Assembly (NCBI GenBank): GCA_051294905.1
Contig: CM119379.1
Span: 1,178,001-1,242,000, forward strand
DNA from: Botryllus schlosseri
Taxonomy: Eukaryota
Reading direction: 5' to 3'
DNA: 64,000 nt
Below the pieces are notes generated by a model. That model was not told where the DNA came from. It did no database searches and saw nothing but the letters and a program-made list of their open reading frames with translations. The position numbers were made by a program, and so were the translations under genes. This document shows positions 1-13,100 of this stretch, piece by piece. The first letter of the stretch is position 1. Every line of letters starts with the position of its first letter.

Positions 1-94
1 TGATTTTACGAAAATTTTCAAAAGATTTCGGGGGGCGACCGCCCCTTTCACCCCCCCCTCCCTGGCTACGCCAGTGATTCAGAGTAGAGTCAAT

Positions 95-330
95 TCATTG
101 CGATGGTGGCTGAGCTTGCCACTGCTCCACCAGTAAATTTATTCTTGGACGTGTATTTGGGAAGGCACACGCTTATAAATTTTGTTCAACAGAAAATCTT
201 CCACGAAATCTGCTCTTCATCGTGCGCATGCTTGAAAATCCTAGCTCACAGATCTCATGCCAGCGAGTATGCCTTCCCATACGAAGTCAAGACAGTATTT
301 CAATATATTGCGACCGTTCTTGAAAACCTA
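95..330 (-). mobile_element. hAT (Buster/ZBED5-like) transposase C-terminal remnant
   Basis: ICELGFSSMRTMKSRFRGRFSVEQNL*ACAF.NTRPRINLLVEQWQAQ, a hAT dimerisation-domain pattern with a stop codon. Confidence 0.7.
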
Positions 331-1047
331 CTTACAAATCGAGGTTTATTATAGCCTTTTATTCACAAAATGTTTAAAAACCAAAGAATTACAAACATTA
401 GGGTAAATTAGAAAATCACTTGCGACTGTAAAAATGCCCGACACTAGTGTTGTCAATAAACAGAAGTACAAAAAAAACGAACTGACTACGAGCGGAACCG
501 AGGTAGGGTAGACAGGAGATACTTGACGGCTAAATATAACATCACAGTAGTTTTGAATCACAGAGCGGCAGTGGAAAGATTTACGATATAGATGAGACAG
601 GCAAAACAGACAGATCTTTCATGTATTACGACTATTATTACTATGGTAACAATAAACGAGAACACAAAGGGCCACTTGATAAGGATAGGATTACATAAAA
701 AACATCAGTGAAGCTATTTTTTCATGCACATAAATTATACAAATACCAATTATACACATCATGCACATTCTTCAATGTAGTATAGTGATAAGTGTCAAAG
801 ATATACACAAATATGTAGCATGTAACGTGATTGCATCTTGTTTTTCATAGCTTGTTGTTCGTTGGAAGAGGTTGTCGCTGCGATTAGACTCATGGTGTGT
901 AATTGTTTGTTATTGCGCTGCTCAATAGAATTGATCTCTCAAAGGAATTTTTGCATTTTACGTAACTGGCCGAATAGCATCAAACTCAGTGCACTGTATT
1001 TCGAATTAAACCAAGGTACGGACTTTAGTCATCCCTACTCGATGCTT

Positions 1048-1053
1048 AGTAGG
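1048..1053 (-). terminator. Candidate polyadenylation signal (AATAAA) of CLCA
   Basis: AATAAA on the minus strand about 75 nt downstream of the TAA at 1129-1131. Confidence 0.45.
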
Positions 1054-1128
1054 CCTATTTATTCATATTGATTGTAATAATTCCAACGCGAAGAATTGAA
1101 CGTGAAGGCCTATTTTAAAGCGGTCGAG

Positions 1129-4100
1129 TTAGCCGATGTATATCGTTTCCAACTGACTTTCGTATTGTGCTCTTCTGGCCTCGGCATCGTTACGATTGAA
1201 GTCCTCCACTTTGTTACGTGGCATTGATGGCGAGTGAGATTTTAGCACTGCGTACAACACTGCGCCTGCAATAAAAATGATCACGCTCATTTTGAAATCC
1301 ACATTAAAATCTAAAATGACGAGTGTCAGCCGAAAATATTCTGGTTCATTTCAATATGAATTACTATTCAATTGTAATTCTAAGTCTAATCTAATTTGGC
1401 AGAAACTGTGCAGTTAATTCTAATTGTATAGTCTAATTTGGAAGATACTGTGTAGCCATATTTCTAATGCTGGTCCAATTTGGTGAAAACTATGTAGCTC
1501 TATAATCCTCATTCTAATTCAATTTGGAAAAACTGGAAATTTTCTAATTGCCAAGCGTGTAATGTGTTTGGATTCTAGTTTTGGCCCCATCGTTAATTTG
1601 TTTCCTTATATATACTGTCGATACTATGCAACGAACAATGCTGTCTCGGAATTCGTGAACATTCCTCTGGAATTCTGTTGTTTCTGAACATATAATTGCT
1701 ACACCTACCTTTTCGTACAGAATATGCATATTATTACCGAGATAGGCACGCAGCGAAACTATTAACCGCGCGGTTTACTTACTGAGAATCAGTACAGCTC
1801 CTACAACTGACACACCAATGATAATAGCAGTGGTATTATCGTCTGGCGACACCGGCTGATCGACGACCTCCAAAATCGTTGGATATCTCACTGAAAAATG
1901 GATCATACCCGATCAAAATTTCTACATTCTTCGAGCTTTGTGAGATTTTTCATTTAATACCATATATTGCCTACATAGCGTTTCCTAAGAAGTCCTTGTA
2001 TAGTTAGGCAGCGCTCATCAAAATCGCGTACCCGACTGATTCGATTCTTGATCGAGTTGAGTATTACTCTTTATGACGGCACAGCGAAATGGATGATGTG
2101 CAAACGGAAGAAGCCCCGAGGACAGTCAAAGAAACTGCAATCTTACCCGGATTTGTCCCGACCACCGTCACCGATGCGATGTTTGACACTCTGGAAGACT
2201 GACCAATGTCGTCAAACGCTGTTATGGCCACGAATATTCTGTGACAAAAAAGTTACAGTACATATATACGTTCGCATATTCATCGGTAACAGGGCAACTA
2301 AATACCTAACTAGTATTAGCAAAAGTCCAATTGCTAAACTTTAAAATGTGTCTCAGTCTTGTAAGTCTCGTATGAAATAATTTACAGTCATACCAATGTA
2401 ATACAGGCCAGTAAATTTATAATAGCAAAAGCGAAATGAATATATTGTTTTGTTAGTCACCGGCTAGTGGAAGAATTTACATTTCGTATTTATGGCTAGT
2501 GCCGTGAATCTTGATTCTATAGTTGTGACAGCAAGTCAAACGCAGTGGTGAAGATTTTGACTGGTCATGGTCATACATTTATAACATCTACATTCATTAT
2601 GAAGTTTACGTTCGGAAATTCGCTGCTGCAAATCAACAATAATAATGGAGTGATATTAAAACAGATAAGGTATTGATTCAACACCGAAAAGGTCTGCGTT
2701 CGGTTGAGTTGCCCTGATCTATAAGTTCAAACCACAGGATAAGTACTCACTGCGTGTCGTTCTCCCCCAGGTCAGAAATTCTGATCACGAAGGTTTCTCC
2801 GCTGAGCGCTACCTGGGGAGACGTAATGTTGCCTTGCACGACGTCTTGCTGATTGACCGCCGTGCCAGAATCGAAATTATCCCGGAGAAGTGAAGACGAT
2901 TCATTCGTATATCGTATTGAGTAATACGATGCTGAAAAATAACAGACGCTCAGATAAGTAAAGCGAATCTCAGGTAAGAACGAAGAGTTTGTATAAAGGG
3001 TGCTGATTTCTGTATGGTCACCATAAGCTACTATGCCTGACGGTTTCACGTCAAAATGGTGAAGGCCTATTTCCAAACTGGCTCAAGTTCTACGTATAGC
3101 AAAGCAGCAAATTTCAATCAAATCAAAATGATTGCTTTAGAATTTATCGTTGATACTCACCATATCCCACATCTAAATCGTCTCCGGGCGCGGTAAAAGA
3201 AATTTGAATGAATGACGAATTCTGAACGACGGAAGCGTTGGTTTGAGTCGCTGACAGATCCGTTATTTGATTCGGTCCAAAGACGTCCGTACCAGCTGTT
3301 ATAGTCGGTCTGTGTAATAATGCACAGCATTGTATGACACATTAGGTAAAATATAAAAACTAGACTTGTTAAATTTCCAATCGCTGCGTACTACTTGATC
3401 AAGATATATTCCCATTTTCATCTTACATTCAAGTCTTGCGTACTACTCAACAAAAGTAGTCAAAGAAGTCATTCGTGGTTGGCTATCTACTTCTACTACT
3501 ACTACTACTACGACTACTACTACTACTACTATTACTACGCGAAACCAGAAGCTACCTCCGACTTATACCGCGGTATAAATCGAGTAGCCTACAACAGTGC
3601 TCTTTAACCTTTTTCGACGTGGTACACCCTTTTAACGTTCGCCTAAAACTCGTACACCCCTGTTCATTGGGGGTCTTCAAAAATGACTTTTTTTCTCAAA
3701 TCGTAGTATGGCTACTTGATAAAAGTGTTAGGTTACCTAACTTAAGCCTACACACCGAATTTGGTTCAATTCCAACCAGTAGCCGCGTTGCTACGGGAGA
3801 AGAAAGGTTCTATTTATTATATAAAAATAAATAGCGAAAAATTTGAAATTTTTCTGTTCACCCCATGAAAGTATCAGGCTGTCTATAAAAACGATGTTCT
3901 TCAAATTTGGTTCAATTCCAGCCAGTAGAAGCGGAGTTATTGCCGTCAAAAAATTTGGATTTGAATAAAATAGTATTTGGTCACAGAGTCTATTCGCAGT
4001 CACTTAGGCCGCCCGCCACGTGAATTGGAATTTATTTCGTGTCAGCTCAAAAACAGCATGACATTACGAACAATAATCAACCTAAATGTAACAGTATTGG

Positions 4101-7100
4101 GGAGAGAGTAGGTAAAGCTACTGCTGCAGAACCGGTAATTCAGATCAGCGATGATACCACGCGCACCAGCCTACTGCGTATCAGGCCTGCCCCACACCAC
4201 ACACAGTCAATAGTAGCACATGGGCTGCAAGGTAGCGAGATAGCGCAGTGGTATAATCTGCGGCTGCAACACCAGGGGGTTCGAGTCCGACAGATTTCGA
4301 CTTCCAAATTCCGATACCTAAGTGTTGGAGGTTTACGTAGGCTCCTCCTCACCACTTCATCCGCGTCAGCGGTGTCTTACAAAAGCCTAGAGGTGGGCCG
4401 TGCTATAATTCGGCAGTCACGGAAAGTAAGAAGAATATCAGCCTGGTGTAAATGACCATAATAGTCGACAATCACCATGAACACCCCAAAACAAACAACA
4501 AACAACAAACATGGGCTGCAAGAGATGTCTGTAACCTCAGATCGTATGCCGCTGTGTACAATGCACAGTCGCTAATTTGCATCACTAATAACAAAATACT
4601 ATATTACAAATGTATGGCGAAATATTGGACATAAAATCGGCATTTTAAAACAAAAGGGTTTCGATTTCAACATGGAAGCTGTTTCGACCCTGGCTGGCTA
4701 CGTCACTTCATTTATGTGCATTGCGGTATTTATTAACGTCGGGTAGGAAGTACCGATTTAAGAAGTCTGAGCTATCACGGCGGTTTCCTCAAAAATCACC
4801 CAAAGACAAATGACTAGCTGAACACATGTTTGCTGCATACTTTCCAACACCAAACGGAACCATTGGTCTATTGCCGACGGCTAAATGAAAATGAGAAGTA
4901 TTTCCTTATGACATCACAATCAAGCGGTGTACACTAGGGTTGTTCAGATTTGAAAAATTGTCAGGAAACTTCGATGCTTGTGACCCAAATGAAGGTTTAG
5001 TACATAAAAACACTTCTATGAGCAATTTTGGTCATCTTCGTCGTGATCTTCTATCCCCGAAAGCCCCCCAAAGATCCACGGGGCAATTCTCCTAACTACT
5101 GGATATGCAATGTTGACCACGTCACCGGTTTATAGCTTTTGTGACGTTATCACTTGAAAACGGCTGTGTAGAGATGATATATTGCAATAAAATAGCCATG
5201 ATTTCAAAATTGTACTTAAATGCAGTCCCATAAAGGCCACATGCATAACAGTTTCACTCTGCACAAACTGTCAATCATGCTCAAGGGAATCATGTATCGG
5301 TTGCACCATTGACATCGGCTTGTTTTGGATCGTACATTGAAGAAGCGCCGTTGGGTTGCAATTCGTGAACAAATACTGATATTCCCAGCTAGTTTTCAGC
5401 CATAAGATATTATTCAAAGGTATGTAAGGTCAGTAATACTTTTCTCAACTTCAAATCATCTGTAAAATACCGAGTTATCTTCTTTTATGGTAGACTGCAA
5501 TTTAGTTGCAGAAGAAAGTCTGTACACCCCATCCGAGTGGTACACCCGTTGCAAATTCTGGTACACCCTAGGGCAGGGGTCACCAACGTGGTGCCCGCGG
5601 GCACCAGGTATAGCCCGCGAGGAACAGATGAGTAGCCCGGCAGACTGTTTTAAAAATAGATCGAATAACAGCATTTACCAATATTCGTTGGATTATTACC
5701 AGCGAGCTTAAATATATAGATTGATTGATTTAGCTATTCTTGTTCGAATCACACTGACATGTAGCTTACAAATGACAATACATAATTAGCACTAAAATGA
5801 TGATATCAAATATCCTCAATTACTATTAGCAATATACGAACATGTAATAAAATCACAAGATATCGAAGACGTAGAATACGGCGCACTGCCCATACAGGCG
5901 ACATGACGGAATGCCATCCACGGTCTCCTTGAGATGGCGGGGGGTCCGTTATGGTAGCTCGACGTCCAGGACAATGCCAAAGTAGTAAACAACATTACTA
6001 TTAGGTAGCAGATAGCGGTGAAGTACTAGCAGAATTTCAATATGTGTATGCCCATTACGTATTGCATCTTTTGATACAGCTTGTTTCTCTTACACTCAAC
6101 GCAGTTTAGTACCATATTTCTAACTTTCCGTAATCGATGGTACTGTCCGGTATATTGAAATCTGTCATGTCTGGATGCTGAACAGTTGAAAATTGAATTT
6201 GTAACACTGCAAAATGACCTCCACTTCGAAGCCCACAAGGCTGCAGCAAACTTTTGGTACCTTGTTGACATGGAAAAGTACAGTGGTGTATGCGCAGCAG
6301 CTATGAAGGTTGCCAGCGTGTTTGGTTCAACTTATCGTTGTGAAACAGCCTTTTGCGGACATGAACTTAATGAAAAACAAACACAGAACAGAACTCACTA
6401 GTGCACATCTGGAACACTCACTCAGACTTGAAGTGTCAAGTTACATACCACACTACATCGCACTAGTTGATTGCGTACAATGCCAGGCCTGCCACTGACT
6501 GATATAGAAACAGATAACATGATGCCAAGTCTAAAGTGTGACATGATTTATTTTAAAATTTGAGCTGACTGTTAAAATTTGAGCTGACTGTTGTATCATT
6601 TATATAAACTTGGTGCGAAGTAATTCGTGATTTCATAAAAGATTTTAACAGCTTCTTGGAGGTACAGAACTTCAATATTCAATTGAATAGGATATTCATA
6701 TTGAAATGAACCCATATTTTGTGTTACGATTGTTGATATACGCTGTTCTTTCGAATTCTCTACTGGTTGCTGACGATTAACCCTGACGAGTTTCAGCCGA
6801 AAATATTCGGGTTCATTTCAATATGAATATACTATTCAATTAAAAGATCTTAGTGCCTAGCTAGTTGAAATGAGATGTTTTGATTTAGAACACTCTTGTA
6901 GAAGTCTTACCGCAATGCAATTCCTGTCCAGTGTTATGAATATCAATCTGGTACGGGTAAACGACGGGAGTAAATGGTAGCCCGTCACTGCAATCAGTAC
7001 CCAAAAGTAGCCCTTGGTTGCAAAAAGGTTGGTGACCCCGGTACGACAACCCCGGTTGAAGAGCACTGGCCTACAACATGTTATTCCAAATTATGCATAC

Positions 7101-10100
7101 AACAATGAACGCAGGTAGGTTGTACATAGACATGTAGAATTTATGACCGCGATATAATTCTTAGTTATAGGTTCTATTTGATAATATTGATCATAGTCAT
7201 CATTGGTTGCATTCGCTGTTCCGGCATATCGAATGCTTTCGTATGGCATTCAGGTATGGGTAGAACGAACACCCGCTGTTGTGATAGCAGCCGACTATAG
7301 GCTTACCCGGTGTAGGAAAACGATCCTCCAGATGATACTCTATTGAATTCGTCTCCAGTTCCATTTGACGCAATGCTCACGGTAACGTTTGGAATATTCG
7401 AGAGTCCATTTGGATTCGCGACAAACGTCCCATTAGCGTAGAGTGTCCCTGGATTGAATGCTGCAGGCGATCCAGCCGAATGACCCGTGATCAGAAGACT
7501 TCCTGATACCAAGATCTGAAATAAAGGAAAGGCGAGGATTTACAAAAAGTGTCATTTACAATTAATATCACTGCGTAACTTACACGTAGGGAGTATCTTC
7601 CTGGAGAGGAAAATTGGTAAAAGTATCTTGAGTAGATGCCATCATTCTGACGAATATCGGCCCCTGTGAGTAATGAATGTAAACTTTCGATTGCCGGTGT
7701 CAGTACGGGGAAGTATTCATCTACGCATTAGTAATTATAAAGAGTAGGCCTAATATGGACCAATCCTGATTGCAATCATACTTTTCGAAACAGACGAAAA
7801 TGCGAATGCTACGCAACGATCATTTCACTGACATGACACGGAATTCTTATCAAATGCAAATAGCTTCTTTTTAAACTTCACGCCCACCGAACTAGAAATG
7901 CAGTGGTTTCTCATGACCTACTATATACATCAATTACTGCATGATTGGCGCAGGTTCGCTGGTTCATACATATTATAGAGATAATAAGTTGTCAGTGCGA
8001 CTCGAGAACAGGATCCTATACAGTATACACGGAATATTTTGTCTCCGCTTCTTTATAATTATTATTCCGCTGTATTCAGATCAGATATGGGGAACATCCT
8101 ACCCAGCTTAGTCCAAAATCTACAGAGGAAGTGATATAGATAGTAATACCCTTTATATATATATTTCCCTTCAACATTTATTACCTGCTCCGTTGTCAAG
8201 AAGTTGCAGATATGTTTCGGTATTGGATGGGTCAGTGATTACTGCAGTGACATTCGCTCCCAGCACCGGATTAAATCCATTGCTCACCTAAACAAAGACA
8301 GATCTATTCATTGATCGTTTATATTACCAAGCATTATTCTGGCGGATGTCCATGGTTCAATCCCCAAATCGTTAGACCAATCTCAACTCTCTCCCAATTG
8401 ATTAGTGCAATATAAAGATGTAAGGATGCTCTAAAACAGGGGTTCTCAACCTGGGGGACGTGAAAGATCTGAAGGGGGCGCGACGAAGCGGTCACCTGAA
8501 AAAACTTTTCGCGCTCCGCGCGATTTACCTCCTATACAGGCGTGTTTCTCTCTGTATAGACCCAATTTCATAATATTTTTATTCTCTCATCAACATTCAT
8601 AACCGATCATACCACCAAACAATCTGTTAGGGTTGCTAGCATCTCCGTTGGATTTTGCGATATGACGATAAGGGGGGCGCGAAATTTTTCATTATCAAAA
8701 AAGGGGGCGTGTCTAAAAAAAGGTTGAGAACCACTTCTCTAAAAGAATACACAGCCCGACTTCAAGTTGCCAACAAACGTTCAATTTATGACAGCTTAAC
8801 AATCATCGATGATGAGACCATACTAGATGCGTCATACTTGCGGGGCCTCGGAATATTTGCTGTTGCGTTTCCACTTTCCACGCGACGTACTAATCATGCA
8901 CCCCCCCCCCACCCCCCTACGCCTTGGAAAAACTAAGCAACAACACAATTGAGAAACGAAACGATCTAGGTCCCTACTTCGCGACAAGTTAGGTTATCAG
9001 GAGATCAAACATGCCAAATTACATACTATCTGGATTTGATCTGTAGGAAGAGTATCCCATTTTTGCGCATTTCAAAATCGAATTAGCTGCGTTCGATACA
9101 CTCCTATTGCTAGATAGCCTACCACTAAAATCACATCTGATATTGATAATAATTAGGGCAATTTTTTTTTTTACCTAAAAAACGGAAGATTTTGACCTAA
9201 AAAATCTAAATTTTGACCTTTTTTGACCTAAAAAAACTGAAATTTGACCAAATTTTGACCTCACGTATGCAAATTAGGCGTTTTCGCATATAATGTTAAA
9301 ATTGTACTACTTATCTTCATTTCTGGTTGGAACTGTCTGTCCTTACAAAGTAGATTGGCCTGAAAAAACGTTTTTGGCTCAAAAACTGACAGATTTTTAC
9401 ATGAAAAACTAGTATTTTAACGAAATCTGGCCCTATGAAGAATTCCAGTAGTTACATTACGTATTCTGGTGGAAATAATTAAAATTTGTTGTAGTACAAC
9501 AAAAGATCCTTTCCTACATTCTCGGGTAGAAAGTGTCTGTCCTTACTACGTAGCTTGCCAAGAACGGAGAAAGAACGTTCAACAGCAGCATTTGTTGGCT
9601 GACAACACTCAAGTTGTGTGCACACTGCTGGTGACAAACCGTGTTGCTTCATTCTGACAATCTTGTCTATATCATAATTTTTCAGCTTGCGCTTCTTGAT
9701 ATAAGAACCATGCAATGTCCAAGCAGTCTTGCTTCAGCTAGGATATTGCGGTACGTTGACCATAAAACCATGTCACTATTTGTTTCATTTGACCATTTAT
9801 GATTCACAATGAGCAGACGATGGTCCGTTTACAACGGTAGGCCTATAAAGTAGGCTACAAGCTGTAAAATATCAAATGATAAGTTCACCGACAGCGCAAA
9901 ATCTACGATACAAACGAAATGCAGAGGTCAAAAAATGTTTGACTTCGTAAACAATTTTGACAAATTTTGACCTAACGCTACAATTTTGACCTAATTTTGA
10001 CTTTTTTTGACATGTCAAAAAAAAATTGCCCTAATAATAATAAACAATCTTGAATGTATACCTTGGCATAAACAAGAGCCGGTTCTACGGTGGTGATGTC

Positions 10101-13100
10101 CGTTGCTGCAAGGTACGATTCCACGGTTAGCACAGATACGGAATCATTTTTTGGTCTTGACGTAACGGTGACTGTAAGGTCCTCTGTAACGGGTGCAGTG
10201 CTGGTAACACTGTACGTCCATTGTCCGGTCTGATAAAAACAAAACAAAATCGCTTGAAGATGGAATTTCGTGAAGTTGAGGAAAACTTCATCGATGTGAA
10301 ATAATGTTAGTTTCTCTTTGATGCAGGGTGCATTCTGCTCTCAATTAACATGGACTTATCCCAGGAGATCATCATTGCACCTATATGCATTGTAGGTTTC
10401 GAGCAGCGCTGTTCATAATCATTTATCATGGGCGTTAATGATGCAAGGTATTATATATTCCAGTACCAATACAAAAAAAAAACTCTAGCCATTCATTGCT
10501 CTCGCAATGGGAGATATGAATACATACGGAATAACACAAAGTCACCTCCGATAATACGATGCCGGCTAAATCTAAATGCAGTGTCGTTTCCAGAATTAGG
10601 AAGCGTAATTTGAATGAGATTTCTCTCCCGACTGTCGCAGGATTCGAAATTGAAAATCCGACTCCGTGACGAGATAGCGTAGTGTCACTATCCGGCGCTG
10701 CCACGCAATGGAGTCCGAGTTGTACGTCAAACGGGGATCGATTTCAGACAACTACTACGGATTGGAGGTATATCTTGGCTCATCCTCGCCATCCGGCTGT
10801 GTAAGTGTTGTCTTAGCGACGCCAAAATTAAATGGGCCCTGCTAAAAGTCGGCAGCGCGGATACATATTGAAGAATATCGGCCGCGTATAAAACGACACG
10901 ACGAATACTAAAAGAAGTCTTCTGACCCCTACGAATTGATACTACCGGATTCAAAATGACATCTATTCTGGAAAATACGATTCCGTCTCAACATAACCAC
11001 GTTTGGGACGAAGTTCCGTTCTCGTGTAATAGCGAACATAAGCTGGCAGTGACTGTCATCTTGAATGTACTTACTGTCGCGGTTCCTGGAATCGTAAATT
11101 TGCACGACCTTTGCGCAGCATCGCATTCGTGTATCGGTTGATCAGGACATGCGTTGAGACTGCTTCCCACATTCGTAAATTCACAACCGGTCGGCGAAGC
11201 AATAGTAATATCCGGTTCATTTGAAGTCCACGTAAATAAAAACAACGTGTGTTCGCCAATGGTGCTATCGATTTGAACCGAACCGGTTGCTTGCGCACCC
11301 GGTCCAGTGAGTGAAATTGAAGCTGTGTGAACCTGCAAGACACACAAATTTATCTATATACAGTCGAACCCATTTAATTGGGTCAGCCGATAACCCGGAC
11401 AACCACTTTATTCGGTAAAAATGCCCGGAAACGAAAAAAGTAAATAATGCACGTTAAGACTCCTGTTAATTCGGACAATTTTTCGCTTGATTAGGACACA
11501 AGCTCACAATTACTGCAGTTAAGTTATGATGCAATGAACAATACTTCGTAAATAGCAAATAGGGCTATTGGGAGTCAAAATGTGGGGTGGGTGAGATGGG
11601 AGCAAATATGTTAGAACGTCGGACCCCGGCTCAAAATACACGTGAAAAACGGGTTATTGTGGAACTGCCGCGAAAGTTGACTAAAAATGGTGAACTTGCC
11701 ACAATATATCCTCAGATACGGGGATCGCAGAGAAAAGTTGATTTTTTAGTCAATGGACCAGGGATAAGAGTCTGCATTCAAACATGACCAATGACCATGA
11801 AACGAATAAACCTCTTCGTCGCTTAATTTGGCCAAAAGTGGGCGGTAATTAAGTGGCCGATTTATCCGGAGTCGACTGTAGTGCAAAGCGTATTGCCAAA
11901 ACTCGAACAAGTAAAACTCAGAACGCAAGACTCATACCTGAACCGTTTCATCGACATCATTTCCGTCGCCACTTTGTGAAAGCAGTAGGAAGTTGGACAG
12001 GATTTCGTTCGATTGCGTGCTGGACGAAGCCACGAACCAGCTACAGCCACTTTCTATCGACAGGTTTGTCATGATCTGATTGGCTGAAGACGATGTCAAG
12101 TCCAGGAAGACAGTGCAAAGTCGAGCTCCCTATGAAAATTACATATGTGTTACGGCACCAGTCTTTGTTGCACAATGTATATCAATAACTTATGAACCGT
12201 AACATAGACCTACGCTTATATGGTTGTTGGGAATCTGGTAGTCACATAAGCCAGAAGTTTTAAACCATTTTCTTTCACGAAATGTGTGATTGATATGAGC
12301 TATATTATGAAGGAAAGTTGTACATAGGCCTACTAAAATAGGAAAACCGGGAAATAATCAGCTTTTACAAATTATATTAGAATTACAATTATATAGCTAT
12401 ACATTTTTTTAAATTAGGCTAGAATTAGAATGAAATCTACGCATGTTAGAATTACTTGGAAATGAAATCAATTTCAGTTCGTATCAAATCAGAGAACCTT
12501 TTCATAAGCAAGAGAATAAAAAATGCGTGTACAGCAAGCTTGGCTCGTCTCGCACTATACAGTTCTGCTGTAGCATTTTCAGGAAATCCAAAAGTTAGAT
12601 TTGAATTAAATTACCTGCATTTTATTTACTCTGGTCTAATTAGTCAACTAGGATTATCCAGTTATCGAAGTCTGGTGCATACGCTATGTATAATGATTAT
12701 ATTGTTTGTTATTTTGGGCACATTGTGACGAATCTCATTTGTGATTGAGAGATATATCGAAAAATTTCCATACCAATTGCACGGTCCCGTTGTTATAAAC
12801 ACACAATAAATAGTCCAGAGTGTAATGAAGAATTTTTAAATACATGTTACGTATCGACTCCATGCCACGTAGCCAAACCCTTGTACCACCTAACTCGGCT
12901 ACATTGTAACAGTTAGTATGTACGTATGATAAACGGTAGTATCATATCACCACTTGGGAAATATAGTATACTCGTACAATGTAGGGTCTAGCTAAGTTGG
13001 TCCAGTGATTCTGTGATCTTAGTACCAATACAATTCTATTATGAACGCTCTGTAGATATAACCTCCTATAACCTCCTACCTGTAGTTATAACCTCCTATT

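Noticed and set aside
1544-1623. Primary last exon of CLCA
   Set aside because: Exon 1129-1265 has a much stronger acceptor, completes the TM helix better and is followed by AATAAA. 1544-1623 is kept only as a possible alternative.
2747-2750. CLCA stop codon as given by the ORF track
   Set aside because: The TGA lies within the donor CA|GTGAGT. Three further in-phase exons supply the VSNIA motif and the TM helix.
3395-3834. Poly-Tyr and poly-Leu ORFs (possible signal peptide)
   Set aside because: These are artefacts of the (TAC)n microsatellite plus a MITE.
4232-4295. tRNA gene
   Set aside because: A and B boxes are present, but there is no complete cloverleaf and the sequence continues into a SINE body with a tail and TSD.
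13050-13100. ATAACCTCCT repeated three times as a CRISPR-like or regulatory array
   Set aside because: The units are 10 bp with no regular spacers, in a eukaryotic intron. This is ordinary slippage duplication, and no CRISPR array exists in the window.
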